A DNA stretch of 64,000 nt, taken from assembly GCA_965218205.1 (NCBI GenBank), contig OZ244590.1:840857-904856 (forward strand). Direction: 5' to 3'. Positions 49,722 to 58,514 of this stretch are shown here, one piece after another (the stretch's first letter is position 1; every line of letters starts with the position of its first letter). Origin of the DNA: Spirochaetia bacterium (GTDB lineage Bacteria > Spirochaetota > Spirochaetia > WTKD01 > G963693115). The notes below the pieces were generated by a model. The model was not told where the DNA came from and did no database searches. It was given only the letters and a program-made list of their open reading frames with translations. Position numbers and translations under genes: made by a program.

Positions 49722-51493
49722 GGTTCATATGCATATAGTTCTTTGCCCGATATAATAATTTCTTTGCCATCAGGAATATCAGTAAATATTAATTTATTAG
49801 TTTGTACTAATATAGCAGTATTAGGAGCATACTTTTGTAATGTCTCTATGGGAACTTCTACTGGCATTTCTATCACTATCCCTGCAATTTCTGATAGTAC
49901 TGTAATTATTTGAAAATTCAATTTTTTAATGAAGTAGATATATTTTTCATTTTTGTTGCTATTTTCATCTTTGTGTTGAATGAGCTGCTGAGGGGTTTGT
50001 ACATGTACTATTTTTCCATGTATGGCTGGTCCTATACCAAATCTAGCACGTAGTATTATTTTTCCTTCAAAATGTATTTGTACTGTATTAAGCTGAAATG
50101 GTTTATTCATGGGAAAGCCACCAATAATAACGATTTTTTCATTTTTCTTGATGAGCTTTTTGGCGCGTATTTGTTCGATAACATCTTCGGGAGTATTGTT
50201 TGCGACATGTTTACTAATTAAAATTGGCTTTACTCCCCATAACAGATTGAGTTTTTTATAAATACGATGACTTGTAGTGGGGGCGATAATGGGCTGTTTT
50301 GGTCGTGTACATGCCATAATTCTAGGGGTGTTTCCTGAAGATGTTGGACATGCAAACATAGTAGCGTTTGATTTATCTGCCACCACCTGTGCAGCAGAAA
50401 CAAAGGTTTCGCTTGCAGAATCTCCAGTGCTTGTGTGTGTTTCTGTAAATTTTTGGCGAATATGAGTACTGAATAAACTGGATTTTTCTACTGCTAAGGC
50501 TACATTGTTCATTACCGTAATGGCTTCTACAGGATACTTTCCTTTTGCTGTTTCTCCCGAAAGCATAATGGCATCAGTTCCATCAAAAATAGCATTTGCT
50601 ACATCAGTAAGCTCTGCCCGTGTAGGAGCATTTGAATTTTCCATAGACTGTAGCATCTGCGTAGCAGTGATAACAATTTTTCTGAGTGCGTTGCATTGCG
50701 ATATAATATCTTTTTGTATCAGAGGGATAGTCTCTGCAGGCACTTGTTCTGCAAGATCCCCTCGTGCTATCATAATGCCATCAGCTACTTGGATAATGCT
50801 TTTTAAGTTATCAAGGCCTTCTTGGTTTTCTATTTTTGCAATGATGTGTATATCACTGCCATACTCTAGCAGTATTTCTCGTATTTCTTGAATATCTTCG
50901 GAGCTTCTAATAAAAGATGCTGCAATGTAATCAAAGTCATGCTGTACCGCAAACTTTATGTCTTCAATATCTTTTGCTGAAATGCTTGGTAATTGAAGAT
51001 GTGCTTCGGGAATATTGACATTTTTTTTGCTGCCGAGCAAGCCTCCATCGATGATGTCTGCTGTAATAATTTCTTCTTGTATATCTTTTATTCTAAGATG
51101 TATAGAGCCATCTGCAATTTTTATATTCATCCCTTTTTTTACTTCATTGTGTATACGAGCATACGAAAGGGCAATACATTTTGCGGTGCTTATGGTTTGT
51201 TTTCCTGACAGCATGATTGTCTTTCCTGTTTTAAGCTCTATAGGTTCGCCCTCTACAATACCAGTACGTACTTCGGGACCTTTTGTGTCAAGTAAATATA
51301 CTGAATCAATACCAGTTTTCTTTTCGGCTTCTTGCAGTAATGTAAGTCGCTCCAAGTGTTCTTTGTGATCACCGTGGCTGAAATTGAAACGTGCACAATT
51401 CATTCCTGCTTTTAGCATGTTCATGATAGTGTTGGTATCATGACATCCAGGTCCTAATGTTGCAATAATTTTTGTTCTTTTATAAGATTCCAT
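49718..51493 (-). CDS. pyk: Pyruvate kinase with a C-terminal PEP-utilising-enzyme mobile domain.
   Basis: N-terminus MESYKRTKIIATLGPG; the ORF track starts 29 codons upstream at 51580. Also K+/Mg2+ site motifs and a C-terminal PEP-utilisers domain (ISEIAGIVIEMP...). Confidence 0.85.
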   Translation of the reverse strand: MESYKRTKIIATLGPGCHDTNTIMNMLKAGMNCARFNFSHGDHKEHLERLTLLQEAEKKTGIDSVYLLDTKGPEVRTGIVEGEPIELKTGKTIMLSGKQTISTAKCIALSYARIHNEVKKGMNIKIADGSIHLRIKDIQEEIITADIIDGGLLGSKKNVNIPEAHLQLPSISAKDIEDIKFAVQHDFDYIAASFIRSSEDIQEIREILLEYGSDIHIIAKIENQEGLDNLKSIIQVADGIMIARGDLAEQVPAETIPLIQKDIISQCNALRKIVITATQMLQSMENSNAPTRAELTDVANAIFDGTDAIMLSGETAKGKYPVEAITVMNNVALAVEKSSLFSTHIRQKFTETHTSTGDSASETFVSAAQVVADKSNATMFACPTSSGNTPRIMACTRPKQPIIAPTTSHRIYKKLNLLWGVKPILISKHVANNTPEDVIEQIRAKKLIKKNEKIVIIGGFPMNKPFQLNTVQIHFEGKIILRARFGIGPAIHGKIVHVQTPQQLIQHKDENSNKNEKYIYFIKKLNFQIITVLSEIAGIVIEMPVEVPIETLQKYAPNTAILVQTNKLIFTDIPDGKEIIISGKELYAYEP

Positions 51494-51615
51494 ATTTCTA
51501 TTATAGAGCATTTTTGAATTATAGAAAAATAAAGGACTGGCATAGCAGAACCCGTGATTAATTTGAAATGCTATTTTCATAATTCCAAAAATAGAATAAA
51601 TGGTATAATAAGGCT

Positions 51616-51891
51616 ATGTCATATCAAGAAGAATTGAAAAAGGTAATAGAAGAATATCACAGTGCAAAGGAAGTATTTGAACGATTGCACAACAAAAAAT
51701 ATGAAGGCATATACAATCAAGAAGAATACGAAAAAGCAAGAGCAAAGGCATATGAAATGGCACAAAAAGCATATGACATAGGAAAAAAAGCATATGATGA
51801 AGGATATTATATGCATAAACAAGAATTTCAAGAAGTATTATCAGCATTAAAATCAGAATTAGATTATTATAATAATAGAAATAAGAAATAA
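51616..51891 (+). CDS. Hypothetical small coiled-coil protein (91 aa).
   Basis: ORF with a K/E/Y-rich helical repeat (KAYEMAQKAYDIGKKAYDEGYY); it heads the AT-rich cassette. Confidence 0.4.
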   Translation: MSYQEELKKVIEEYHSAKEVFERLHNKKYEGIYNQEEYEKARAKAYEMAQKAYDIGKKAYDEGYYMHKQEFQEVLSALKSELDYYNNRNKK

Positions 51892-51937
51892 TGTTTATAC
51901 TAATGCTAAAATATAAGAAATTATTTTAGGAGATTTA

Positions 51938-52954
51938 ATGAGTGAAATTAAAACACAAATTATAAAAGTAAATATTAAAAAATTATTTCTGGATGCAAAA
52001 AATCCACGTTTTCCTATTTCTTTTGAGACTAAATCTCAAGATGAAATATGGGAATGTATGAGTAGAGCTTTTAGGCTTGAAGAATTAGCTCTTTCAATGG
52101 TTGAGAATGGATATTTTGAAATTGAACCTATGGCAGTAATTCCAAAAAAAGAAATTTCCACTCAGAAAGAATATGATACATATAAAGTATCTGATAATGA
52201 GTTTATTGTTGTTGATGGTAATAGAAGGTTATCTGCTATAAGAGGGCTTATTGATAAAAAATTTCCTGATATAAAGATAACAGAGGATTTACAGAAACAA
52301 TTTGAAGATGGTGTTCCTGTACTATTTTATGCTAAGAGAGATGATATTTTGTCATTCTTAGGAGTGCATCATCTTGCTGGAGTAAGAAGTTGGGATATAT
52401 ATGATCGTGCAAGGTATATAGTGCATTTAAAAAGAGAAAAAGGTAAAACATTATCACAAATTCAAGATATGATAGGAAATGATACGAACTTACCAATAAA
52501 ATTGTATGTATCTTATCGACTGATTGAAATATTGAAAGAACATGATGATAATTTTGATGATAAGAGTGCCAAAGACAATTTCTCTTTTTTGACATTAGCA
52601 CTAAGTAAGCCAGAAATAAGAGCATATATCGGTTTACAAGCATGGCAAAAATTATCTGATAGTGAAGTTGAAAATCCCATTGCCTCTGAAAATCGAGAAA
52701 AATTAAGTAATTTATTCAGATACATATTTGACTATAATAGCGATACAAAACGTATAATAAGGGAATCTCGTGATATTGATACATTGTCTACAATTTTTTC
52801 TTCTGATGAAGGGATAAATCGTTTACTAGAACATAAAGATATTGATGAGGCATATGAAATAAGTATAGATGAAACTTGGCCTCTAAAAAATATAATGAAT
52901 AGTCTTTCTCTACTATATTTTTATAGTTCAGGAGGAAATAAAAAAATTATATGA
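51938..52954 (+). CDS. ParB/Srx-fold (DUF262-like) domain protein.
   Basis: NIKKLFLDAKNPRF and FIVVDGNRRLSAIRGL resemble the ParB N-terminal domain and the DGQQR motif of DUF262 (the GmrSD N-domain). The coding DNA is very AT-rich. Confidence 0.55.
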   Translation: MSEIKTQIIKVNIKKLFLDAKNPRFPISFETKSQDEIWECMSRAFRLEELALSMVENGYFEIEPMAVIPKKEISTQKEYDTYKVSDNEFIVVDGNRRLSAIRGLIDKKFPDIKITEDLQKQFEDGVPVLFYAKRDDILSFLGVHHLAGVRSWDIYDRARYIVHLKREKGKTLSQIQDMIGNDTNLPIKLYVSYRLIEILKEHDDNFDDKSAKDNFSFLTLALSKPEIRAYIGLQAWQKLSDSEVENPIASENREKLSNLFRYIFDYNSDTKRIIRESRDIDTLSTIFSSDEGINRLLEHKDIDEAYEISIDETWPLKNIMNSLSLLYFYSSGGNKKII

Positions 52955-52958
52955 ATGG

Positions 52959-53768
52959 ATGAACATGAAAAACAATGCAAAAGCAAAAGCAAAACTAGAA
53001 AAAGAATTATTACAGAAAAAGAGAATATCTAAGCAAGATATAGTAGCTTATTGGAGAGATTTAGGAAATGAAGATGATAGTATTGATAGTGAGGTTGATG
53101 ATGATATTAATAGATATAAGGAATTGTTTGATATTTACGGAGAAACTGTTTTTACATGGGATGATGAAACAAAGGCTATATCTCTCCATAAAGATTTTAA
53201 AGCAATAGAAGAATATCTATATTGCTTAGCATGTCATTTATTAACAGAAGAAGAAAAGGAGAAGGCTATAGGGAAAAATAAATTTTGTTTTGAAAAAATT
53301 GTTGGAGAGGTATTAAAAGTATTATTCGGAAAAGATTCACATTATGAGATTACTGATGCTCATAATACCCCCTCAATTAAAGATATAGCAGAAAAAATGA
53401 ATGAAGAATTTGTACAAGAAATCGAAAAAGGAAAAGATGCTGCTTGTGATATTGTATTTTGGAAATGTATTGAAAAATCTTTAGGGAGTAATATAATAGT
53501 ATTGGCTCAATGTAAGACAGGAAATAATTGGAAAGACGGTAAAAGTGTATATGTTGATTTTTGGAGAACTTTGATAATTTTTTCTATACCTCCAATAAAA
53601 GCATTTGCTATTACTGATTTAGTAGTAGACAGAAAAGATATAAGAAGATGTACAAAACAAAGAGGTTTATTTTTGGATAGGGCAAGTATTATAAAGATTC
53701 TCTCAAATCAGGATAATGAGGGATTACAGAATATTCGGGCAGATATATCTCAATTAGAGTTAGGATAA
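52959..53768 (+). CDS. Putative PD-(D/E)xK restriction-endonuclease-like protein (Mrr-cat-like C-terminal domain).
   Basis: The C-terminal AACDIVFWK...NIIVLAQCKTGNNW matches the D...(Q/E)xK catalytic arrangement of Mrr_cat (DGGIDii...vQcK). The start is 4 nt after the upstream stop. Confidence 0.5.
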   Translation: MNMKNNAKAKAKLEKELLQKKRISKQDIVAYWRDLGNEDDSIDSEVDDDINRYKELFDIYGETVFTWDDETKAISLHKDFKAIEEYLYCLACHLLTEEEKEKAIGKNKFCFEKIVGEVLKVLFGKDSHYEITDAHNTPSIKDIAEKMNEEFVQEIEKGKDAACDIVFWKCIEKSLGSNIIVLAQCKTGNNWKDGKSVYVDFWRTLIIFSIPPIKAFAITDLVVDRKDIRRCTKQRGLFLDRASIIKILSNQDNEGLQNIRADISQLELG

Positions 53769-53832
53769 AGATTGAAAAAAGAAATGTAAATACATTGAGC
53801 CTGCACTCTCTAGTAACTATCTATACGGATAT

Positions 53833-54111
53833 TTATGACTCAATAGCTTCATCTAAGCGAGAGATGAGTTTAGATGCAGAATAGGCAGTATCATTGCTCA
53901 GTTCTACATTGAATTTTTTCTCATCAAGCAATTCATGGGAGAGGAGCAGAGATACCATAATAGATAATTTAAGAGGATCAGAACAATCAATTTCGCTTTG
54001 TATGCTCTGCATTCTTGCTTCAATTATTTCACATAATTGCTGTATGTAAGCACTGCTTTCGTCACTATGTAAGATAAAGGAAGTTCCAAATAAATTAACT
54101 CTTGTTTTCAT
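53833..54111 (-). CDS. zapA: Cell-division protein ZapA.
   Basis: A 92-aa protein with the ZapA pattern (VNLFGTSFIL...YIQQLCEIIEARMQ...LSIMVSLLLSHEL). Confidence 0.55.
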   Translation of the reverse strand: MKTRVNLFGTSFILHSDESSAYIQQLCEIIEARMQSIQSEIDCSDPLKLSIMVSLLLSHELLDEKKFNVELSNDTAYSASKLISRLDEAIES

Positions 54112-54130
54112 GCTTGTTCCAGTGAAATTG

Positions 54131-54841
54131 CTAGAGAATTTCTAGTTTAGTATGTTCTTCCTCTTTTCTGTCTGAGAGAGGATCAAAGTCGCTTGCAAAA
54201 TCAATTTCATCAATGTTTATATCATTATCATTGTGAAACATATTATCTTCATCATGAAAAGAATCACCAATATCTAGCGAGGTATCGCCCATAGATGAAT
54301 TAAGTGAATCATTCATAGTATCATCTGATACAAAAATTGTGTCACCTTCATCGTGTGATGAGCCTGAAGCAACAGCACTGTTTGTAGAAGTATGCTCTGC
54401 ACTCTGTGTAGGAGTATTCGTATCCGTATTGCTACGAGATGTTGGCACTGTGTTATCGGTAGGGGTATGACTTTCTTTCGCTTTTGTACTGGAATTGTTA
54501 CTGTTGTCTACGGTAGCAGAGGGCTGTGTTTGTGTGCCTGTAAAATCTACGCCATTTTGAAGCTCTTCAATAGTTTCAAAGTTGCTTATGGCATTTACGA
54601 CACTTTTTTCGAGATTAGATTGCTCTTTTTGGGCAGAATCTACTAGCTTTTCTAATTCTAGTACACGTTCTTCGTATTCGTCAAGTTGTCCCTGAATCGT
54701 TTCTTCATACTCTTGAAACTTTTTCTGCATTTGTTCTTTCTCTAAGGATATTTGTGTTATTCTTTGTTTTAGTTGTTGAATAAGATCAATAGCAGCTTCC
54801 ACTTTTGTTTCTAGCTTAAAGATAATTTGCTTAGGACTCAT
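54131..54841 (-). CDS. Coiled-coil protein with a Ser/Thr/Asn-rich linker and an acidic C-terminus (hypothetical, possibly division-associated).
   Basis: N-terminal coiled coil (QLKQRITQISLEKEQMQKKFQEYEETIQGQLDEYEERVLELEK) immediately upstream of zapA on the same strand. Confidence 0.4.
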   Translation of the reverse strand: MSPKQIIFKLETKVEAAIDLIQQLKQRITQISLEKEQMQKKFQEYEETIQGQLDEYEERVLELEKLVDSAQKEQSNLEKSVVNAISNFETIEELQNGVDFTGTQTQPSATVDNSNNSSTKAKESHTPTDNTVPTSRSNTDTNTPTQSAEHTSTNSAVASGSSHDEGDTIFVSDDTMNDSLNSSMGDTSLDIGDSFHDEDNMFHNDNDINIDEIDFASDFDPLSDRKEEEHTKLEIL

Positions 54842-54873
54842 AATTCCCCCTTAATTTTCCTATAAAAATATTG

Positions 54874-55218
54874 TTAGGCTATGAGTTCAATAATTTTGTT
54901 GAACTCACTACTATTTGTAACGGCAAGATTAGAGAGTACTTTACGATTTATTTGTATATTTTTTTGGGCTAGCCTATGTATAAAGTCTGAATAACGAAGT
55001 CCTTTTGCACGAACGGCTGCTGAAATTCTTGCTATCCATAGCCGTCTGAACTCTCGTTTTTTGTTTTTTCTATCTCGATATGCGTATAATAACGCCTTAG
55101 ACACAGCGTCTTTGGTACTACGATAGAGGTTTTTACGTCTTCCCCAATATCCCTTTGCTAATTTCTGTAATTTTTTACGATGAGTTTTTCGAATACTTCC
55201 GTTTGTTGCTCGTGGCAT
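54874..55218 (-). CDS. rplT: 50S ribosomal protein L20.
   Basis: MPRATNGSIRKTHRKKLQKLAKGYWGRRKNLYR... is a canonical L20 sequence. Confidence 0.9.
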   Translation of the reverse strand: MPRATNGSIRKTHRKKLQKLAKGYWGRRKNLYRSTKDAVSKALLYAYRDRKNKKREFRRLWIARISAAVRAKGLRYSDFIHRLAQKNIQINRKVLSNLAVTNSSEFNKIIELIA

Positions 55219-55263
55219 GTACTTCCTCCGATACTAAATAAGTTTGGTTATGTTGGTAGCTTT

Positions 55264-55458
55264 TTAATTATTAAGCATCAATGAAACTCGCTTTGTTTCA
55301 CTTGATGATAAAATACTAGGCTTACGTAAATTTCTTTTTCTTTTCGTACTTTTCTTTGTCAATATATGTCGTAATCCCTGTCTTTTGTACTTAATTTTAC
55401 CAGACGCAGTCTTTGAGAATCGTTTAGCTACACTTTTAACTGTTTTTTGTTTTGGCAT
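55264..55458 (-). CDS. rpmI: 50S ribosomal protein L35.
   Basis: [36 protein letters not shown] is a canonical L35 sequence. Confidence 0.9.
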   Translation of the reverse strand: MPKQKTVKSVAKRFSKTASGKIKYKRQGLRHILTKKSTKRKRNLRKPSILSSSETKRVSLMLNN

Positions 55459-55629
55459 ATTACTCCTAATGTATATTAGTTTATATAACTTTTTATAGTA
55501 TACTAACTTTTGAAAAATTAAGTCAACTGTAGAATACAGATTTTTGTATTATTGTTATATTGTAAAGAAATTTAGTATATCTATAGTGGATGTGATACAA
55601 TAGTAATAGTATAAATAGGAGGAAAACAT

Positions 55630-58044
55630 ATGGCAGAAAGTAAAAGCATAGGACAATTACAAAAAGACGCAGAGCAATTTTTTAAGGATAAAAAATATGA
55701 TAAATGTATAGAGGTTTGTACAAAGATTATTAGTAGGGATGATGCAACAGAAGCTGATAAAGCAAGTGCGTATTTTAACAGAGGAAAAGCGAAAGATAGA
55801 CAAGGAAAGTATGAAGAAGCGATAGCTGATTATGATAAAGCGATAAAGTTATATCATTTTTTTGTTCCATATAAAACTCCTTATACTCTAGCTGATTACG
55901 ACAAAGTGATAAAGTTATATCCAAAATATGTAAATGCATACATCAACAGAGGAAACACAAAAGATAGGCAAGGAAAATATGAAGAAGCAATAAAAGATTA
56001 TGACAAAGCAATAGAGCTAGATCCACAAAATGCAATAGCATACAGTAATAGAGGACTTATGGAAGATAGGCAAAGAAGGTATAGAAAAGCGATAGCTTAT
56101 TACACTACAGCGATAGAGAAAGATCCAAAATATGTAAATGCATACATCAACAGAGGAATTACGAAACGGAAACGAAAAAAATATAAAGAAGCGATAGCTG
56201 ATTACACTACAGCGATAGAGCTAGATCCAAAATATGTAAATGCATACATCAACAGAGGAAATGCAAAATATAGTCAAGGAAAATATGAAGAAGCAATAAA
56301 AGATTATAACAAAGCAATAAAGCTAGATGAACAAAATGAAACAGCATACAACAACAGAGGCAATGCAAAATATAGTCAAAAAAATTATAAAGAAGCGATA
56401 AAAGATTATGATAAAGCGATAGATTTAGATTCAAAATATACAACAGCATATATAAACGGAGGAAATGCACAATATAGGCAAGAAGATTATAAGAAGGCGG
56501 AGGATTACTACACTAGAGCGATAAATACAAATAAAAAAAATGCAACATTATACAACAGCAGAGGAAATGCGAAATATAAACAAAAAAATTATAAAAAAGC
56601 GATAAAAGAATATGACAAAGCGATAAAGAAAAATCCAAAATATGTAGAAGCATATTACAATAAAGGTTATACAAATTTTATGCTAGGAAATTATGAGGAG
56701 GCGATAAAAGATTACGATGAAGCGATAGGTATAGATGGAAAAAAAGCAGAAGCACACTATTATAAAGGAACTGCGAATTTTATGTTAGGAAATTATGAGG
56801 AAGCGATAGATGATTATGATAAAGCGAAAAAGTGTAAAGAAGATTTTGCATCAGCAAAAGCCGATTATTCCATATTAAAATATTTATTATATACTAAAAG
56901 TGATGATTCAAAAGTATCAAAGGTATCAAAGTTTATTGAGAACTTGAATAAGGCCTTACGAATAGGTATAGCTGAAAAGTATAAGGAATCTAATATTAGT
57001 GATAATAAAAAATATTGTAATAAAAAATATATATTTTGTATATTTCAAAATGTAGTAAAGATATTAGATGAGTTAAAAGTAAAAGTAAATAAGAAGAGCA
57101 ATAAAGAAGAGTATCTTTCGCATACTACTCGTTTATCTGTATTGAAACAGCTTTTACCCATACCACCCACTCAAAAAGAAGATCTGTCCTCCCAAAGTGT
57201 AGCTTCAATATTTCGATTGTACCATATTGTGTATTCAAATGATCCGACTGAAGGAAAGATTCTCTTTAAGAAATTAAGTATTGACGATGAAACAGAAATC
57301 CCTTTCTATGTAATGATAGCGAGCTTTTCTAAAGGTGTCATCTCAGGTGATGACTTCTCAGAATTAGATACTATTCCTATATGGCACATGTATGGAGATG
57401 ATGCAAAAGGGATATCTCTATTATTTAAGACAACAGATATAGCCTCTGATGAAACAAGACATATTGGTAACCCTGTACAGAATTTGAATATATTAGAACA
57501 AGATCATACACAGGATATTGATGGTTCTGAAGTTAAGAGAGTATTGGAAAATATACACCAGATACAAAATATAGATGACAATCCTCTTTTGAAGCCAATA
57601 CTCTATAAGGTTCATTATACTGATGTAAAAAAACCTCTAAAGGATAGCGACAAAGGAAAAATAGTTGGTTATCTCAGAGATATACAAAATAGGCTTAAAG
57701 AGATAGAAAAAAAGGAAGACGAGAAGATATACAAAAAAACTTTAGAATTATTATCTGGATTGAGGTATCTTATTAAGGATAAGAGATATGAATATGAAAA
57801 TGAATATCGCTTAGTGTGTTTTCTTACACTTGATAGTATACAATATGATGAAAAAGATCCTGAAAACGATGCAATAAACCGTATGTATGTAGAAGAGGAT
57901 ATCATAGCAAAATTGGATAGCATAATAGTAGGAGCTAAAGTTCCTCCAGCAAAAGTGCTTGAAATAAAATATTTACTAAGAAAGTGTGATAAGACTAAAG
58001 ACAGAAAAATTAAAGTAATTCCAAGCAGTATTCCCTACCGCTAA
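55630..58044 (+). CDS. TPR-repeat protein fused to a DUF2971-like C-terminal domain.
   Basis: About 12 tandem 34-aa TPR units (AYINRGNAKYSQGKYEEAIKDYDKAIELDPKYVNA), then a C-terminal domain with YSNDPTEG and IWHMYGDDAKG resembling the DUF2971 N-D-P-x-E and M-W-s-h-Y motifs. Confidence 0.55.
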   Translation: MAESKSIGQLQKDAEQFFKDKKYDKCIEVCTKIISRDDATEADKASAYFNRGKAKDRQGKYEEAIADYDKAIKLYHFFVPYKTPYTLADYDKVIKLYPKYVNAYINRGNTKDRQGKYEEAIKDYDKAIELDPQNAIAYSNRGLMEDRQRRYRKAIAYYTTAIEKDPKYVNAYINRGITKRKRKKYKEAIADYTTAIELDPKYVNAYINRGNAKYSQGKYEEAIKDYNKAIKLDEQNETAYNNRGNAKYSQKNYKEAIKDYDKAIDLDSKYTTAYINGGNAQYRQEDYKKAEDYYTRAINTNKKNATLYNSRGNAKYKQKNYKKAIKEYDKAIKKNPKYVEAYYNKGYTNFMLGNYEEAIKDYDEAIGIDGKKAEAHYYKGTANFMLGNYEEAIDDYDKAKKCKEDFASAKADYSILKYLLYTKSDDSKVSKVSKFIENLNKALRIGIAEKYKESNISDNKKYCNKKYIFCIFQNVVKILDELKVKVNKKSNKEEYLSHTTRLSVLKQLLPIPPTQKEDLSSQSVASIFRLYHIVYSNDPTEGKILFKKLSIDDETEIPFYVMIASFSKGVISGDDFSELDTIPIWHMYGDDAKGISLLFKTTDIASDETRHIGNPVQNLNILEQDHTQDIDGSEVKRVLENIHQIQNIDDNPLLKPILYKVHYTDVKKPLKDSDKGKIVGYLRDIQNRLKEIEKKEDEKIYKKTLELLSGLRYLIKDKRYEYENEYRLVCFLTLDSIQYDEKDPENDAINRMYVEEDIIAKLDSIIVGAKVPPAKVLEIKYLLRKCDKTKDRKIKVIPSSIPYR
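55690..56860 (+). repeat. Near-identical tandem ~102-bp DNA repeats (TPR units) within the CDS.
   Basis: Blocks such as CCAAAATATGTAAATGCATACATCAACAGAGGAAA recur at ~55921, ~56121 and ~56221 with very few mismatches. Confidence 0.8.
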
Positions 58045-58498
58045 ACAGTAGAGAGTACGCAGTATATATACTAATCAAGCTGGTATTTTCATAGCATATC
58101 TCTACTGAAGTCTTTGTTTTTTTTGTTTATTTATACATTTGCATAAGACAGGCACAAGACGAAAAAACAAAATATGAACAACTATAGGTGCAAGTATTAT
58201 TAGTAAAAACCACCAGTTAAAGTCAGATAAGAAAGAAGAAATCAATAAGGACAGAAAAAAACCAATAAAAAGTTCAGCAGTAAAATATTCTCTCTTTTTT
58301 ATTACTGTTTGGTATACTTTATAGGTTTTTAGTTTTTCATATTCTTCTTTAAAGCATTTAAAATGGCAGAAGCCATAGAATAGTTGTTCTTTTTCTATCT
58401 TTTTTATAACTGCAAATTTTGCATCATTTAAACGCTTATATGAATGTACATTGCAAAGCCATAGTATAGAAACACATAATCCAAGAATACTTACGAAA

Positions 58499-58514
58499 AT
58501 AATAGATAGAGTTG
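58499..58514. repeat. 16-bp direct repeat (ATAATAGATAGAGTTG), left flank of IS copy B; identical copy at 59729-59744.
   Basis: Exact sequence identity at both IS boundaries. The repeat lies inside the disrupted ORF, consistent with a target-site duplication. Confidence 0.85.

Noticed and set aside
50277-51368. Plus-strand ORFs (62-128 aa) within pyk
   Set aside because: They are antisense to the pyruvate kinase coding region, which has canonical motifs; spurious.
55690-56860. Regularly spaced near-identical ~100-bp repeats that might be mistaken for a CRISPR-like array
   Set aside because: The repeats are in-frame 34-aa TPR units inside one long ORF, with no short unique spacers between conserved repeats. 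This is a protein repeat, not CRISPR.
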